Source: Candidatus Saccharimonadota bacterium (GTDB lineage Bacteria > Patescibacteriota > Saccharimonadia > Saccharimonadales > UBA4665). Taken from it: a DNA stretch of 32,000 nucleotides. The notes under the pieces were generated by a model. It was given only the letters and a program-made list of their open reading frames with translations, ran no database searches and had not been told where the DNA came from. A program made the translations under genes and the position numbers. This document shows, piece by piece, positions 15,398-24,371 of this stretch. Each line of letters opens with the position of its first letter. Position 1 is the first letter of the stretch. The stretch is taken from assembly GCA_016700375.1 (NCBI GenBank), contig CP065016.1:870001-902000 (forward strand). Direction: 5' to 3'.

Positions 15398-16686
15398 GGT
15401 TGAAACTCCCGTCTAAGCCATTCGTCTAGGCTGCCGCCTCCGCCGGCGGACAAGCACAGTACGGTATCGCCGCTGTCGAGGTGGGTTTGCAGTCGCTGCT
15501 TGAGGTGGTCTTCGAGGGCAGCTGGTTCAGCGTTTGCTTGGACGACCTCATTCATGCTGGCGATTAATTTCTCGGGCGTGAGTAGCTCTAGGGTTTCATC
15601 TTCTCGCGCGAGGTAGCTAGGGACAACGTATAGCTTTTTTGTTCCTTCGAATAGGGCTTCGAGCTCGTTATGGATAAAATGCTGCCGGGTGTTGTGCAGA
15701 CCTTCGTAGACGACAACCAGGCTATCCCCGGCAACTTCATGACCGAGCTGCAACGCCCCCCGTATCTTCTCGGGTGTATGGGCGTAGTCGCTGTAAAGTC
15801 CGGGCGTGATTTGCTCAAAGCGGCGGGAGACGCCCGGAAACATATTCAATATTCGTATGTATTCCGATAATGACCGACCCTCGAGTAGATTTACGCATGC
15901 TCTCGCTACTAGGCATGCGTTTGCTCTGTTCACTTTCCCGGCCAGAGTCGACACTCCCTTGTAATCTTTTGAGTATTGAATATGTATGTTCGCGGATTGC
16001 CCTACGGTTATTTGCTGAGCATCCTTGCTCCATAGATATGTATTATGACTTTGTTTGATAAATGTTCTGAATGCCTGGTAGTATTCCTCGCGAGTTGGGT
16101 ATATGTCGGGGTGATCCCAGTCGATGCCGCTTATTATCGAAATATGTGGTGTAAACTGGAGAAAATTGCGGTCAAATTCGTCGCATTCATATACAAAATA
16201 CTGCGCCCCTTCTTCATAAGCACCCATTTCAGCGAAACTGCTTTTCGCGGGGAGGATGTAACCAAGGGGGATGCCTAGCTGTTTCATAGTCCATACAGTC
16301 ATTGCGGTCGTTGTCGTTTTGCCGTGTGTTCCTGCTATGGCGATGAGTTTGAGGTTTTTTTGCGACAAAATCTCGTTCAGTAGCTCGTCGCGTTTGCTCA
16401 TACGGATACCATTTTCGCGGCAAAACTGAAATTCGGGTGCATCTGGTTGCTCAATCGCCACCGCAGAGGAGTAGACATACCAATCTATTGGTTGACGCAA
16501 ATGAGCCGCCGATATATCTGCTTGTGTTTGACCGATAGATATATCTGTTACCCCGTGTTTTCTTAAGTAATCTATGTACAGCGATTCCTGCTTGTCTGAA
16601 CCGGAAACTTCGTGTCCTGCCTGCTTTGCCACAATAGCGAGAGGGCCTATACCTGTGCCGCCAATACCCGAAAAAAATATGTGCAT
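15394..16686 (-). CDS. Mur ligase family protein (MurC/Mpl-like)
   Basis: MHIFFSGIGGTGIGPLA...GSDKQ...IAIAGTHGKTTTTAM...ECDEFDRNF...DYAHTPEKI. Start is at M22 of the ORF-track entry. Confidence 0.88.
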   Translation of the reverse strand: MHIFFSGIGGTGIGPLAIVAKQAGHEVSGSDKQESLYIDYLRKHGVTDISIGQTQADISAAHLRQPIDWYVYSSAVAIEQPDAPEFQFCRENGIRMSKRDELLNEILSQKNLKLIAIAGTHGKTTTTAMTVWTMKQLGIPLGYILPAKSSFAEMGAYEEGAQYFVYECDEFDRNFLQFTPHISIISGIDWDHPDIYPTREEYYQAFRTFIKQSHNTYLWSKDAQQITVGQSANIHIQYSKDYKGVSTLAGKVNRANACLVARACVNLLEGRSLSEYIRILNMFPGVSRRFEQITPGLYSDYAHTPEKIRGALQLGHEVAGDSLVVVYEGLHNTRQHFIHNELEALFEGTKKLYVVPSYLAREDETLELLTPEKLIASMNEVVQANAEPAALEDHLKQRLQTHLDSGDTVLCLSAGGGGSLDEWLRREFQP

Positions 16687-16697
16687 GGCTATATTAT

Positions 16698-16726
16698 CAA
16701 GTAGCAAGTAGCAAGTAGCAAGTAGC
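16698..16726. repeat. Heptanucleotide tandem repeat (CAAGTAG)x4 in a divergent promoter region
   Basis: Four exact tandem copies read directly from the sequence, between ATG 16686 (minus) and ATG 16757 (plus). Confidence 0.95.
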
Positions 16727-16756
16727 TTCCTGTGAGCTGTTATAATCATAAGTGGT

Positions 16757-17359
16757 ATGGATAAAAGAAAGTTGCACCACTATTGGCGATATTTGAGGAA
16801 AGTGCATCCGTGGTATTTTCTGGTAATAACGCTTATATTTGGCTATGTTACTGTTAGGGCCCTACAGCACAATAACGTAGAAATGGGTAGACTCCGTACG
16901 GCAGTATTTGAAGCCGACAAAAATAACGGCGATGTTGAGAGCGCGCTGAAGGCCTTGCGCGAGCATGTGCACGGACATATGAACACGAGCCTTGAAACGG
17001 GCGCTAACGGAGCTCACCCGCCCATTCAGTTAAAGTACACCTATGAACGGCTGCAGGCTGAGCGACAGGCTTCGCTCGGGAGGAACAATAGCGCATTATA
17101 CAATCAAGCACTACAGTCCTGTAGTGTCGAAGGGCAGACTTCAAATGCTCAAGATACAATAAACTGCATAGAAAGTTATGCTGAAGCGCGCGGGGTACGG
17201 CTTGGAGACATACCAGACGCACTATACAAGTTTGATTTTGTCTCAGCAAAATGGTCTCCAGATTTGGCGGGGTGGAGCCTGGTAGTTACGGTTATGAGTG
17301 CTGCCGGATTTATTCTGACAGGCACGTATCGCTGGTTCATGAAGCGGTATTTGAAATAG
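16757..17359 (+). CDS. Hypothetical membrane protein (N- and C-terminal TM helices)
   Basis: 200 aa. WYFLVITLIFGYVTV and WSLVVTVMSAAGFILTG. TATAAT at 16741-16746. Confidence 0.65.
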   Translation: MDKRKLHHYWRYLRKVHPWYFLVITLIFGYVTVRALQHNNVEMGRLRTAVFEADKNNGDVESALKALREHVHGHMNTSLETGANGAHPPIQLKYTYERLQAERQASLGRNNSALYNQALQSCSVEGQTSNAQDTINCIESYAEARGVRLGDIPDALYKFDFVSAKWSPDLAGWSLVVTVMSAAGFILTGTYRWFMKRYLK

Positions 17360-17578
17360 CTTGCCGGAGTCGACTAGGGTATCGTGTCCCCTCTGTTTGT
17401 GCTGAGCCAAACAAACCCCCGTACTTTAAGGGGCAGTGAGCATCTTCCTGTCTTACGGTACCTATTTTTGGTTTACCCTTAGCTTGATAACCATATTATG
17501 CCCCAGAAAGCTAATAAGCGGACAATACTAGACATAGTAACCTTAGCTTTTACATAGACAACTGGATAATAGCAAAAC

Positions 17579-17606
17579 AAAAAAACCTCCAAAAGGAGGC
17601 TTTTTT
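17579..17606. terminator. Bidirectional intrinsic terminator
   Basis: A-run, CCTCC-AAAA-GGAGG, then T6. On the minus strand it reads GCCTCC-TTTT-GGAGG-T7, 13 nt after the stop at 17619. Confidence 0.8.
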
Positions 17607-17618
17607 GTGTCTAGAAAA

Positions 17619-18269
17619 CTAGCGTTTATTGGTAGTGTTCTGTGTGTTTTGTGTTGTCGAACTGTTATTGCTTGCTTGGCTTGGAGTGTTTGCCGCAGGG
17701 GTTTGGCTGGTCTGCTCAGTACAATCAGGTCCTTTTGGATTCTGCTTCTTGAACTCTTCAATGCTTTTGGCGACCTTGCCGTCACTATTCAGGTTTTCCC
17801 AGAAGGTCACTTGGTCGCGGTTAATAAGCATACGGTCGGTTGGAGAGTGAATTTGCTGACAACCTAGCTTAACAAGGGTGTAGTCACCCGTTGCTTGTTG
17901 TTGACCAGTTGCATTAGTCGCAGCGTTTTGCGTTAGATAGTATACATTCGATAGGTCAACGTATTTTGCGTTGAGGTTATCAATATTTCCGAAGTAAACC
18001 TGACCGTTATTTAGGAAGACAGCTTGATATTGTTTCTTACCAACATAGTCGAACTCGTTATCGGTATTGCCGCTGCGCGCAAACAATAGGGTTAACAGGA
18101 GTAGCAGTATGGCTATTCCAAACAGGATTGCAACACTCATGAGATTTAACCACTTTGGTGCTGATGCTCCTGTACTCTTTTTACCGACAGGGTGTTGAGC
18201 CTGTGGGGTAGGAGCGGGGCCGGCCTCTTGCCGATTAGCTGAGGCTGAATTCAATTGTCTAAAATCCAT
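17619..18269 (-). CDS. Hypothetical membrane-anchored protein
   Basis: 216 aa. TM is LMSVAILFGIAILLLLLTLLF, with a polar Q/T/N-rich C-terminus. AGGTGG SD. Confidence 0.65.
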   Translation of the reverse strand: MDFRQLNSASANRQEAGPAPTPQAQHPVGKKSTGASAPKWLNLMSVAILFGIAILLLLLTLLFARSGNTDNEFDYVGKKQYQAVFLNNGQVYFGNIDNLNAKYVDLSNVYYLTQNAATNATGQQQATGDYTLVKLGCQQIHSPTDRMLINRDQVTFWENLNSDGKVAKSIEEFKKQNPKGPDCTEQTSQTPAANTPSQASNNSSTTQNTQNTTNKR

Positions 18270-18441
18270 TTTTCCACCTTTAAGACATTAATTATTTACA
18301 ATCATAAGTGTAATATACCGTTCAGCGGGAAGCAATACTAAAACTGTAAGGTGTTGTGATTGGTACTTAGGGTGTTGACAAACAGATTACGACCGATGTA
18401 TCGTAGGGGTACTAACGTAAAGTTAAGAGAGGGAGATTCCT

Positions 18442-18639
18442 ATGGCAGGATACACGCACAAGAATTCAAAAGGTGTTACTTATCACCTAAACTCAAAGAA
18501 AGTCACACTTCGTGGTGGCAAAGAGCAGACTATTTACTACTTCAGCAAGGACGACCGTCCAGAAGCATGTGAGCTTCCAGCTGGCTTTAGCGTGAACGAA
18601 AACCCACGCAACGGTTTCCTAACCGTCAAGCGCGGCTAG
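18442..18639 (+). CDS. Small basic hypothetical protein (65 aa)
   Basis: GAGGGAGA SD 6 nt upstream and an intrinsic terminator downstream. A possible TTGACA -35 lies at 18375-18380. Confidence 0.6.
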   Translation: MAGYTHKNSKGVTYHLNSKKVTLRGGKEQTIYYFSKDDRPEACELPAGFSVNENPRNGFLTVKRG

Positions 18640-18662
18640 ATAAACCTGTGTATTACGCAAAG

Positions 18663-18690
18663 CGTCCGGGTAATCCGGGCGTTTTGTTTT
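18663..18690 (+). terminator. Intrinsic terminator
   Basis: CGTCCGG-GTAAT-CCGGGCG followed by TTTTGTTTTG. Confidence 0.8.
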
Positions 18691-18739
18691 GTAGCCGCTA
18701 TAAAATGCGACATTTTCTACAAAAAACAAGTATAAGTCG

Positions 18740-18748
18740 TGCTACAGT
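18740..18748 (+). promoter_or_regulatory. Extended -10 TGcTACAGT, 6 nt upstream of ATG 18755
   Basis: Reads TGCTACAGT-ATTTTT-ATG. Confidence 0.5.
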
Positions 18749-18754
18749 ATTTTT

Positions 18755-19519
18755 ATGAAAAGCACAAAACCTATTGTCGTTGTTAAGGAACTTCGCAAAC
18801 TATATGACGGTAAGCCGGCCGTAGGCGGTATATCCTTTGAGGTGAAAGAAGGAGAAATTTTTGGCATCTTGGGGCCGAATGGAGCAGGGAAAACCACAAC
18901 GCTCGAGATGCTCGAGACGCTTCGGCCGATTGATGGTGGTTCGGCGGTACTCGACGGCCTAGATGTATCCACAAACCCGGACAAAGTGAAGGGCCTCATT
19001 GGCGTCCAGCCGCAGACACCGAGTTTTGAGGAAAAAACCAAGCTTGTGGAGCTACTAGAGTTTTTCTCGGCTGCTTACGGTGAAAAAGTTGATGCCATGA
19101 AGTTTTTGCGCGACCTCCAGCTCGAGGATAAAGCGCAGAGCTACGTCGAAAACCTCTCTGGGGGGCAGCGCCAGCGTTTTTCAATTGCCGCAGCGCTGGT
19201 GCATGGGCCAAAGGTATTCTTCCTCGATGAGCCCACCACGGGGCTTGACCCGCAGGCGCGCCGGAACCTTTGGGACCTCATACGCGAAGTCCGCGACCGT
19301 GGTGTCACCGTCATTATGACCACCCACTACATGGACGAAGCCGAGCTGCTCTGTGACCGTGTGGCAGTGATGGACAGCGGCAAAATTATCGCCCTCGATA
19401 CCCCCAAAAACCTTGTGAAAGCACTCTTGAAGAAAGGGTTCACTAAAGCTCAGCATGTGGAGCAGGCAAACCTAGAGGACGTGTTCATAGACCTAACCGG
19501 AAAGGCACTGAGGGACTAA
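18755..19519 (+). CDS. ABC transporter ATP-binding protein (ABC-2/DrrA-like)
   Basis: Walker A GPNGAGKTT, signature LSGGQRQR, Walker B FFLDEPTTGLD. Confidence 0.95.
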   Translation: MKSTKPIVVVKELRKLYDGKPAVGGISFEVKEGEIFGILGPNGAGKTTTLEMLETLRPIDGGSAVLDGLDVSTNPDKVKGLIGVQPQTPSFEEKTKLVELLEFFSAAYGEKVDAMKFLRDLQLEDKAQSYVENLSGGQRQRFSIAAALVHGPKVFFLDEPTTGLDPQARRNLWDLIREVRDRGVTVIMTTHYMDEAELLCDRVAVMDSGKIIALDTPKNLVKALLKKGFTKAQHVEQANLEDVFIDLTGKALRD

Positions 19520-19521
19520 CC

Positions 19522-20628
19522 ATGCCGAAATCACTCTTACCCATCTTTACATTCGTAAAAATTGACATTCGCCGGCTGTTTCGCGACAAACTAGCAATGT
19601 TCTTTACCTTTGTGTTTCCGTTGCTGTTCCTGTTTGTGTTTGGCGGAATTTTTGGCAAGAACAACAGCGTAAGCTTCAATGTGGCGTTCCTAAACCGTTC
19701 TGACACCCAGTTCGCCAAGCAGTTTGAACAAATGGGGCGAAAAGATAAGGTGTTAAAAATAGATTCCCGGGTGAAAACGTTAGGCGAAGCCCAAGAAAAA
19801 ATGAGTCGTGGCGAACTAGATGCCACCATTATTCTGCCCGCAGAATTTGGACGGGTGGGCGACAAGGGCTATCCAACCGGACAAGCCCAAGTACTCTACA
19901 ACAAAAGCAACGAACAGGGCGGGCAGACACTCGCGGCCATTTTGAACGGCATATTTGAAGGCATCAACAAGCAGTTTGTGCCGTCAGAAAAGCCATTCAC
20001 CGTTACGGCGAAATCTACCGCCAAACAGGGGTTAACCCAGTTTGACTATGTGTTTGCGGGGCTGCTTGGTTTTTCACTCCTTGGTGCGGGCATATTTGGC
20101 CCAACCAGCGTGTTTCCAAAGCTGAAAGAGCGCGGTGTGCTTCGGCGGTACCATACCACTACGCTGAAGGTGTGGCAGTACTTCCTGGGCAACACCATTT
20201 CAAACACTATTGTCGGCTTGCTTTCCATAGCCACCATGTTTGTGGTGGGGCTAACGGTATTTAATCTGAACATGAGGGGGAATTATTTGGTATTGGGGCT
20301 GCTGGTTTCGCTCGGTGCAATTATGCTGTTTGGTATAGGGCTGGCGGTGGGTGGCTGGGCAAAAAATGAACGACAGGCGGCGCCGCTTGCCCAAATAATC
20401 ACCTTCCCCATGATGTTTCTTTCGGGGAGCTTTTTCCCACGGTTTCTCATGCCCGAATGGCTGCAGGGGGTTACGAACTACTTGCCGCTAACACCGGTTA
20501 TCGACGCCGCACGGCTCATTATCACCGAAAATCGCGGCGTGTTTGACCTGCTGCCACAGTTCGGCATTATTTTAGGCTGGTGCGTCGTGGTCTACCTCAT
20601 AGCCTTCCGCGTCTTCCGCTGGGAATAG
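19522..20628 (+). CDS. ABC-2 family transporter permease
   Basis: 368 aa. One N-terminal TM, a large loop, then five or more TM helices. Starts immediately after the ATPase gene. Confidence 0.85.
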   Translation: MPKSLLPIFTFVKIDIRRLFRDKLAMFFTFVFPLLFLFVFGGIFGKNNSVSFNVAFLNRSDTQFAKQFEQMGRKDKVLKIDSRVKTLGEAQEKMSRGELDATIILPAEFGRVGDKGYPTGQAQVLYNKSNEQGGQTLAAILNGIFEGINKQFVPSEKPFTVTAKSTAKQGLTQFDYVFAGLLGFSLLGAGIFGPTSVFPKLKERGVLRRYHTTTLKVWQYFLGNTISNTIVGLLSIATMFVVGLTVFNLNMRGNYLVLGLLVSLGAIMLFGIGLAVGGWAKNERQAAPLAQIITFPMMFLSGSFFPRFLMPEWLQGVTNYLPLTPVIDAARLIITENRGVFDLLPQFGIILGWCVVVYLIAFRVFRWE

Positions 20629-20648
20629 TTGCGAAAAATGCTAAAAAA

Positions 20649-20657
20649 TGCTATCAT
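20649..20657 (+). promoter_or_regulatory. Extended -10 TGcTATCAT, 6 nt upstream of ATG 20664
   Basis: Reads TGCTATCAT-TTAAAT-ATG. Preceded by the tandem AAAAATGCT/AAAAAATGCT (20634-20652). Confidence 0.5.
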
Positions 20658-20663
20658 TTAAAT

Positions 20664-20951
20664 ATGGCTTTTATCCGAGGAACATCTATTACCACCCCTA
20701 GCATGCTCATGGCATCGTATTATGAGGGGTTACGTGGTATGCAGGGTGACCCAGAAGCGCTGCGAGACATTGGTATTCCGGTTGGTCCTGATGACTTTGA
20801 TCGGCACGTAAGCTCTGCACAGGAGGTCAGAGAGACGCTTGCACAGGGGCTAGGAAAAATGTGTGGCGATTGTTGTATTACTATCCAACCAGGTAAGGCG
20901 TGTGCGCACATGCGCTTAGACGAACAAGGCAAACCCAAGATTCTCGGATAA
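20664..20951 (+). CDS. Hypothetical small Cys-containing protein (95 aa)
   Basis: MAFIRGTS...GKMCGDCCITIQPGKACAHM. The ORF-track extension to 20580 overlaps the permease gene. Confidence 0.55.
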   Translation: MAFIRGTSITTPSMLMASYYEGLRGMQGDPEALRDIGIPVGPDDFDRHVSSAQEVRETLAQGLGKMCGDCCITIQPGKACAHMRLDEQGKPKILG

Positions 20952-20953
20952 TT

Positions 20954-21826
20954 ATGTCGCACACCCCTCATGCAGATACGCTCCCTGGGCTTGAACCGTC
21001 TACTCCGCCACCCACTGAACGACCAGATTGGAATGATACTCGCATGGCCATTGCAAGGCTACTAGTTGCCGAAGATTGTTATCAAGCCTCAATAGGCGAA
21101 ACATTTTCTGACATTACCGCCCACATGCGAGCGCTTGCCGAACCGGGTGCACTTTTTAGTTCACTGGTAGGTACTGCGGTCCAGCGGGACAAAGGCGGTA
21201 GAGGGAAACAAGCGGTTACACACAGGACTGCCAGCGGAAGGATAACGACCGTTGCATTGTCGGCCGCGGAAAGAAAATTGCTCCCAGATTACATAGAGGC
21301 GTATGGACGGAAAGCATCAGTCGTTACCAGAAATGCACAAAACCAACGCAAAGGTCAGGCGAGTTATGATTCTGATGCTCCTCGTCGAGCTGCGGAACAC
21401 ACGCTCGTACCGAAGATGGAAGCATTAGAAATATACCGCGGTACGCTTGTGCAGCAATCAGAATTGCTGAAGCAGTTTATTGAGGCGACAAAGGGGCGCA
21501 ATGCTGGACTTGCGCGTATGGGCAGTGAAGCAAAGATGCGTATGCGGGGAGCTACGCTGCTTGAACAAATAATCCCCGATGCACTCGACGCCATAGGCGA
21601 CCAGCGAGGCTGGGGGGTTAAACAAGAACAATTGGCCCAACGGACAATCTTAGCGCGAATGGTGCATTTTCGTGAAGGCAATGGACACCTTGGGTATGTG
21701 AACCGGCTTTGCAGTATGCTTGGAAGCTACAGTCTCATTAAGCAAGGTGTATTTACCGAGCGAATTGAACGAGCAAGCGCATACCTTGAAGAACAGGGCT
21801 TTGTTATAGCCAAAACTGTACAATAA
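20954..21826 (+). CDS. Hypothetical protein (290 aa), no recognisable motif
   Basis: ATG lies 2 nt after the upstream stop (TAATTATG). Arg/Ala-rich, predicted helical. Confidence 0.6.
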   Translation: MSHTPHADTLPGLEPSTPPPTERPDWNDTRMAIARLLVAEDCYQASIGETFSDITAHMRALAEPGALFSSLVGTAVQRDKGGRGKQAVTHRTASGRITTVALSAAERKLLPDYIEAYGRKASVVTRNAQNQRKGQASYDSDAPRRAAEHTLVPKMEALEIYRGTLVQQSELLKQFIEATKGRNAGLARMGSEAKMRMRGATLLEQIIPDALDAIGDQRGWGVKQEQLAQRTILARMVHFREGNGHLGYVNRLCSMLGSYSLIKQGVFTERIERASAYLEEQGFVIAKTVQ

Positions 21827-21830
21827 GCGT

Positions 21831-22862
21831 ATGAATTCCTATACAGATATGCCGAAGCCGTTTTTTGTGTTGGCGCCGATGGATGACGTGACAGACACGG
21901 TATTTCGGCAGGTGGTGGCTAGTTGCGCCGCGCCAGACCTGTTTTTTACCGAGTTTGTGAATGTCGACGGGCTGATGAGCCCGGGGCGACCAAATTTACT
22001 TAAAAAGCTTCGTTTCGCCGAGAAGGAAGGGAAGGTAATCGCCCAGTTGTGGGGGCTGCAGCCAGAAAACTTTCGTGCAGTCTGCGAACAGATTGCTGAC
22101 GGTTCGTTGGCGCGCGAGCTTGGGCTGCCAAACGGCGTCAATTTTGCCGGTGTTGATTTGAACATGGGCTGTCCCGCAAAAAGTGAAGTGAGAAACGGTG
22201 CTTGCGCTGCCCTTATACGCCGCGAAAACTGGCCGCTCGCGCGAGAAATAATTCTTGCATCTAAAGACGGCCTTGCTGGATGTCTCCCACTCAGCGTGAA
22301 AACAAGGGTTGGCTTCAATGAAGTAGACATGAACTGGATTGACTTCCTACTCGAGCAAAATCTGCAGGCTCTTATCATCCATGGTCGGACACGCAAGCAA
22401 ATGAGCAAAGTTCCGGCAAACTGGGAGCTAATTGGAACGGCGCGCGGTATGCGCGACCGCAAGAAGCTTAGCACACTCATTATTGGAAATGGCGATGTTA
22501 TGTCCCGCGAACAGGGTGAAGCCCTCGCAGCCCAATACAAACTAGACGGCATCATGCTCGGCCGCGGCGTCTTCCACAACCCCTACGTATTTTCAAAGGA
22601 CAGTCCTCTGAAATGGGAAAAATGTGATGAAGTAAGTAAAATCAATCTGTTTCGACGACACGTCGAGCTGTTTGCGGCTACGTGGAAAAACGGCGAGCGA
22701 CCCATTCATACCCTCAACAAATTCTGCAAAATCTACATCCAAGGCTTCGACGGCGCTAAAGAACTAAGGGAAAAACTCATGATAACCAATTCGACCGACG
22801 TGTTACTAGCCACATTAGATGAAGCACACAAAAGGTATAATGGTTTCAATGCGGCAAATTAA
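21831..22862 (+). CDS. dus: tRNA-dihydrouridine synthase
   Basis: VLAPMDDVTDTVFRQ, GVDLNMGCP, IIHGRTR. TACAAT at 21819-21824 lies 6 nt upstream of the ATG. Confidence 0.93.
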   Translation: MNSYTDMPKPFFVLAPMDDVTDTVFRQVVASCAAPDLFFTEFVNVDGLMSPGRPNLLKKLRFAEKEGKVIAQLWGLQPENFRAVCEQIADGSLARELGLPNGVNFAGVDLNMGCPAKSEVRNGACAALIRRENWPLAREIILASKDGLAGCLPLSVKTRVGFNEVDMNWIDFLLEQNLQALIIHGRTRKQMSKVPANWELIGTARGMRDRKKLSTLIIGNGDVMSREQGEALAAQYKLDGIMLGRGVFHNPYVFSKDSPLKWEKCDEVSKINLFRRHVELFAATWKNGERPIHTLNKFCKIYIQGFDGAKELREKLMITNSTDVLLATLDEAHKRYNGFNAAN

Positions 22863-23532
22863 AGCAGTCATACACGACATAGACGGCAACCTAACTCTAA
22901 CTGAAGAGGCATGTTGGCATCTTGAGAATGAAGTGTATGCGTTACTTGGGCTTCCCCCCATAGAGCGTACTGTTCACCGTAAAACATGGGGCATGAAACT
23001 CGACGATGCCCTTCCTATTCGTTCAAACAACAGGGTCGACAAGCAAAAATTTTGGGAATTGTTTTCGCCAAAATACGATGAGTTTGTAAAAACCGGCCGG
23101 CTTGATACTATTGCGAAGGAGAATATCGCCACCCTGAAACAGCTGCATGAAATGGGGTTGATAAATATGTTGCTCACCTCTCGTCGTGCGGTGGAAATGA
23201 GTCATTATCTTAACCCAGAGCACGTTCTGCATACCTACGTCGACGCTATATATTACTTCGATAACATGAAATTTCATAAACCAGACCCGCGGGCGTTTGC
23301 ACACATAGAGAGTGAGCATGGCCTGAAACCTGAAGAATGTGTCTACGTGGGTGACCAGCCAGGAGATGCTGCTGCCGCGAAAGGTGCCGGGCTGCACTTT
23401 GTCGCAAACCTAGAAGAGGGCATACGAACGCGCGAAGATTTCGCGGATTATCCGGTAGATGCATTTGTACAGTCATTTACTGAGATACCTGTAGCAATTC
23501 TAGGGCTAATAAATCACAAGGAACAATCATGA
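22849..23532 (+). CDS. HAD-superfamily hydrolase
   Basis: MRQIKAVIHDIDGNL (DxD motif)...VGDQPGDAAAAKGAG. Alternative starts at 22840 and 22819. Overlaps the dus 3' end. Confidence 0.85.
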   Translation: MRQIKAVIHDIDGNLTLTEEACWHLENEVYALLGLPPIERTVHRKTWGMKLDDALPIRSNNRVDKQKFWELFSPKYDEFVKTGRLDTIAKENIATLKQLHEMGLINMLLTSRRAVEMSHYLNPEHVLHTYVDAIYYFDNMKFHKPDPRAFAHIESEHGLKPEECVYVGDQPGDAAAAKGAGLHFVANLEEGIRTREDFADYPVDAFVQSFTEIPVAILGLINHKEQS

Positions 23533-24371
23533 TAAAAATAGCAGTTTTGGGTTTGGGGATAATGGGGCATGGGATTGCCAGTAATTTTCTGAAGCAAGGG
23601 TACGAACTGACTGTGTGGAACCGTTCGTTAGACAAGGCAGAAGATTTGGTTGCGCGCGGCGCGCGGCTGGCAGCCTCTGTTGCAGACGCGGTTGGCTCTG
23701 CTGATATAGTGCTTGAAGTAACGGCAAATGACGAATCTTCGCGCGGGCTGTGGCTGGGTGAAAATGGCATCATTGCCCACGCAAACGCTGCGCAAACGCT
23801 CATTAGCTGCGCGACGCTATCAGTAGAGTGGGTCGACGAGCTTGTGCGGGCGTGTGCCGAAAAAGGCCTAACGTTTCTCGACATGCCCATGACTGGCAGT
23901 CGGGCGGGAGCAGAGGGCGGCACCATGTTGCTACTAGTTGGTGGTGACGAGCAAAAACTAAACGAAGTAAAACCGCATCTGGAGAAAATAGCTTCCCAGG
24001 TGAAACTATTCGGCCCGGCTGGTTATGGCACACGCATAAAATTGGTTTTGAACTGTTTGCAGGCCGTGCACTTGGCAGGGTTCGGCGAAGCCATGCGTCT
24101 CGCAAACGCATTCGGACTAGACCAAAAGCTAACAGGTGAGATGCTGGCGGAAAAGCCCGGCGGCGCCACTACGCAAATGGCCTGGCGAGATTACCAAAAC
24201 TACCCCGACCCCATAAACTTTGCCGTAGAACTCATAGCCAAAGACGAAACCTATGCGCTGCGCAACATCGACCCAGCGCAGGTGCCGCTCATCTCGCAAA
24301 CACTGGCGGCATACCAAAGAGCGATTGACGAGGGTCATGCTCATGACGACTGGACGTACATAGCGCGATGA
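23529..24371 (+). CDS. NAD(P)-dependent beta-hydroxyacid dehydrogenase (3-hydroxyisobutyrate/6-phosphogluconate dehydrogenase-like)
   Basis: MIKIAVLGLGIMGHGIASNF Rossmann motif...DMPMTGS. ATGA overlap with the upstream gene. Confidence 0.88.
   Translation: MIKIAVLGLGIMGHGIASNFLKQGYELTVWNRSLDKAEDLVARGARLAASVADAVGSADIVLEVTANDESSRGLWLGENGIIAHANAAQTLISCATLSVEWVDELVRACAEKGLTFLDMPMTGSRAGAEGGTMLLLVGGDEQKLNEVKPHLEKIASQVKLFGPAGYGTRIKLVLNCLQAVHLAGFGEAMRLANAFGLDQKLTGEMLAEKPGGATTQMAWRDYQNYPDPINFAVELIAKDETYALRNIDPAQVPLISQTLAAYQRAIDEGHAHDDWTYIAR

Noticed and set aside
16687-16749. 21-codon N-terminal extension of the Mur ligase ORF (MIITAHRKLLATCYLLLDNIA)
   Set aside because: It would translate the heptamer repeat and the divergent promoter. 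The conserved Mur-ligase N-terminus (MHIFFSGIGGTG) starts at ATG 16686, which has a -10 box 6 nt upstream.
17360-17578. 220-bp non-coding gap searched for SRP RNA, RNase P RNA, tmRNA or 6S RNA signatures. The 19-codon ORF at ~17507-17566 was also considered.
   Set aside because: No conserved cores were found: no GGAAGCAGC-type SRP domain IV, no GAGGAAAGTCC, no tRNA-like tmRNA ends. Only weak hairpins and a short ACCTTAGCTT duplication are present. The mini-ORF has no SD or leaderless-type promoter.
20580-20663. Upstream extensions of ORFs 20580..20951 and 20900..21826
   Set aside because: The extensions overlap the preceding genes in other frames. Internal ATGs at 20664 and 20954 are placed right after a promoter motif and the upstream stop codon respectively.
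21839-22579. 246-aa minus-strand ORF antisense to dus. Similar long antisense ORFs lie at 9381..10016, 2153..2704, 3314..3781, 11262..11639 and 12485..12964.
   Set aside because: They are shadow ORFs opposite well-supported genes. They show no recognisable motifs, have Ser/Arg/Pro- or Gly/Ala-rich compositions typical of antisense frames, and lack start-site signals.
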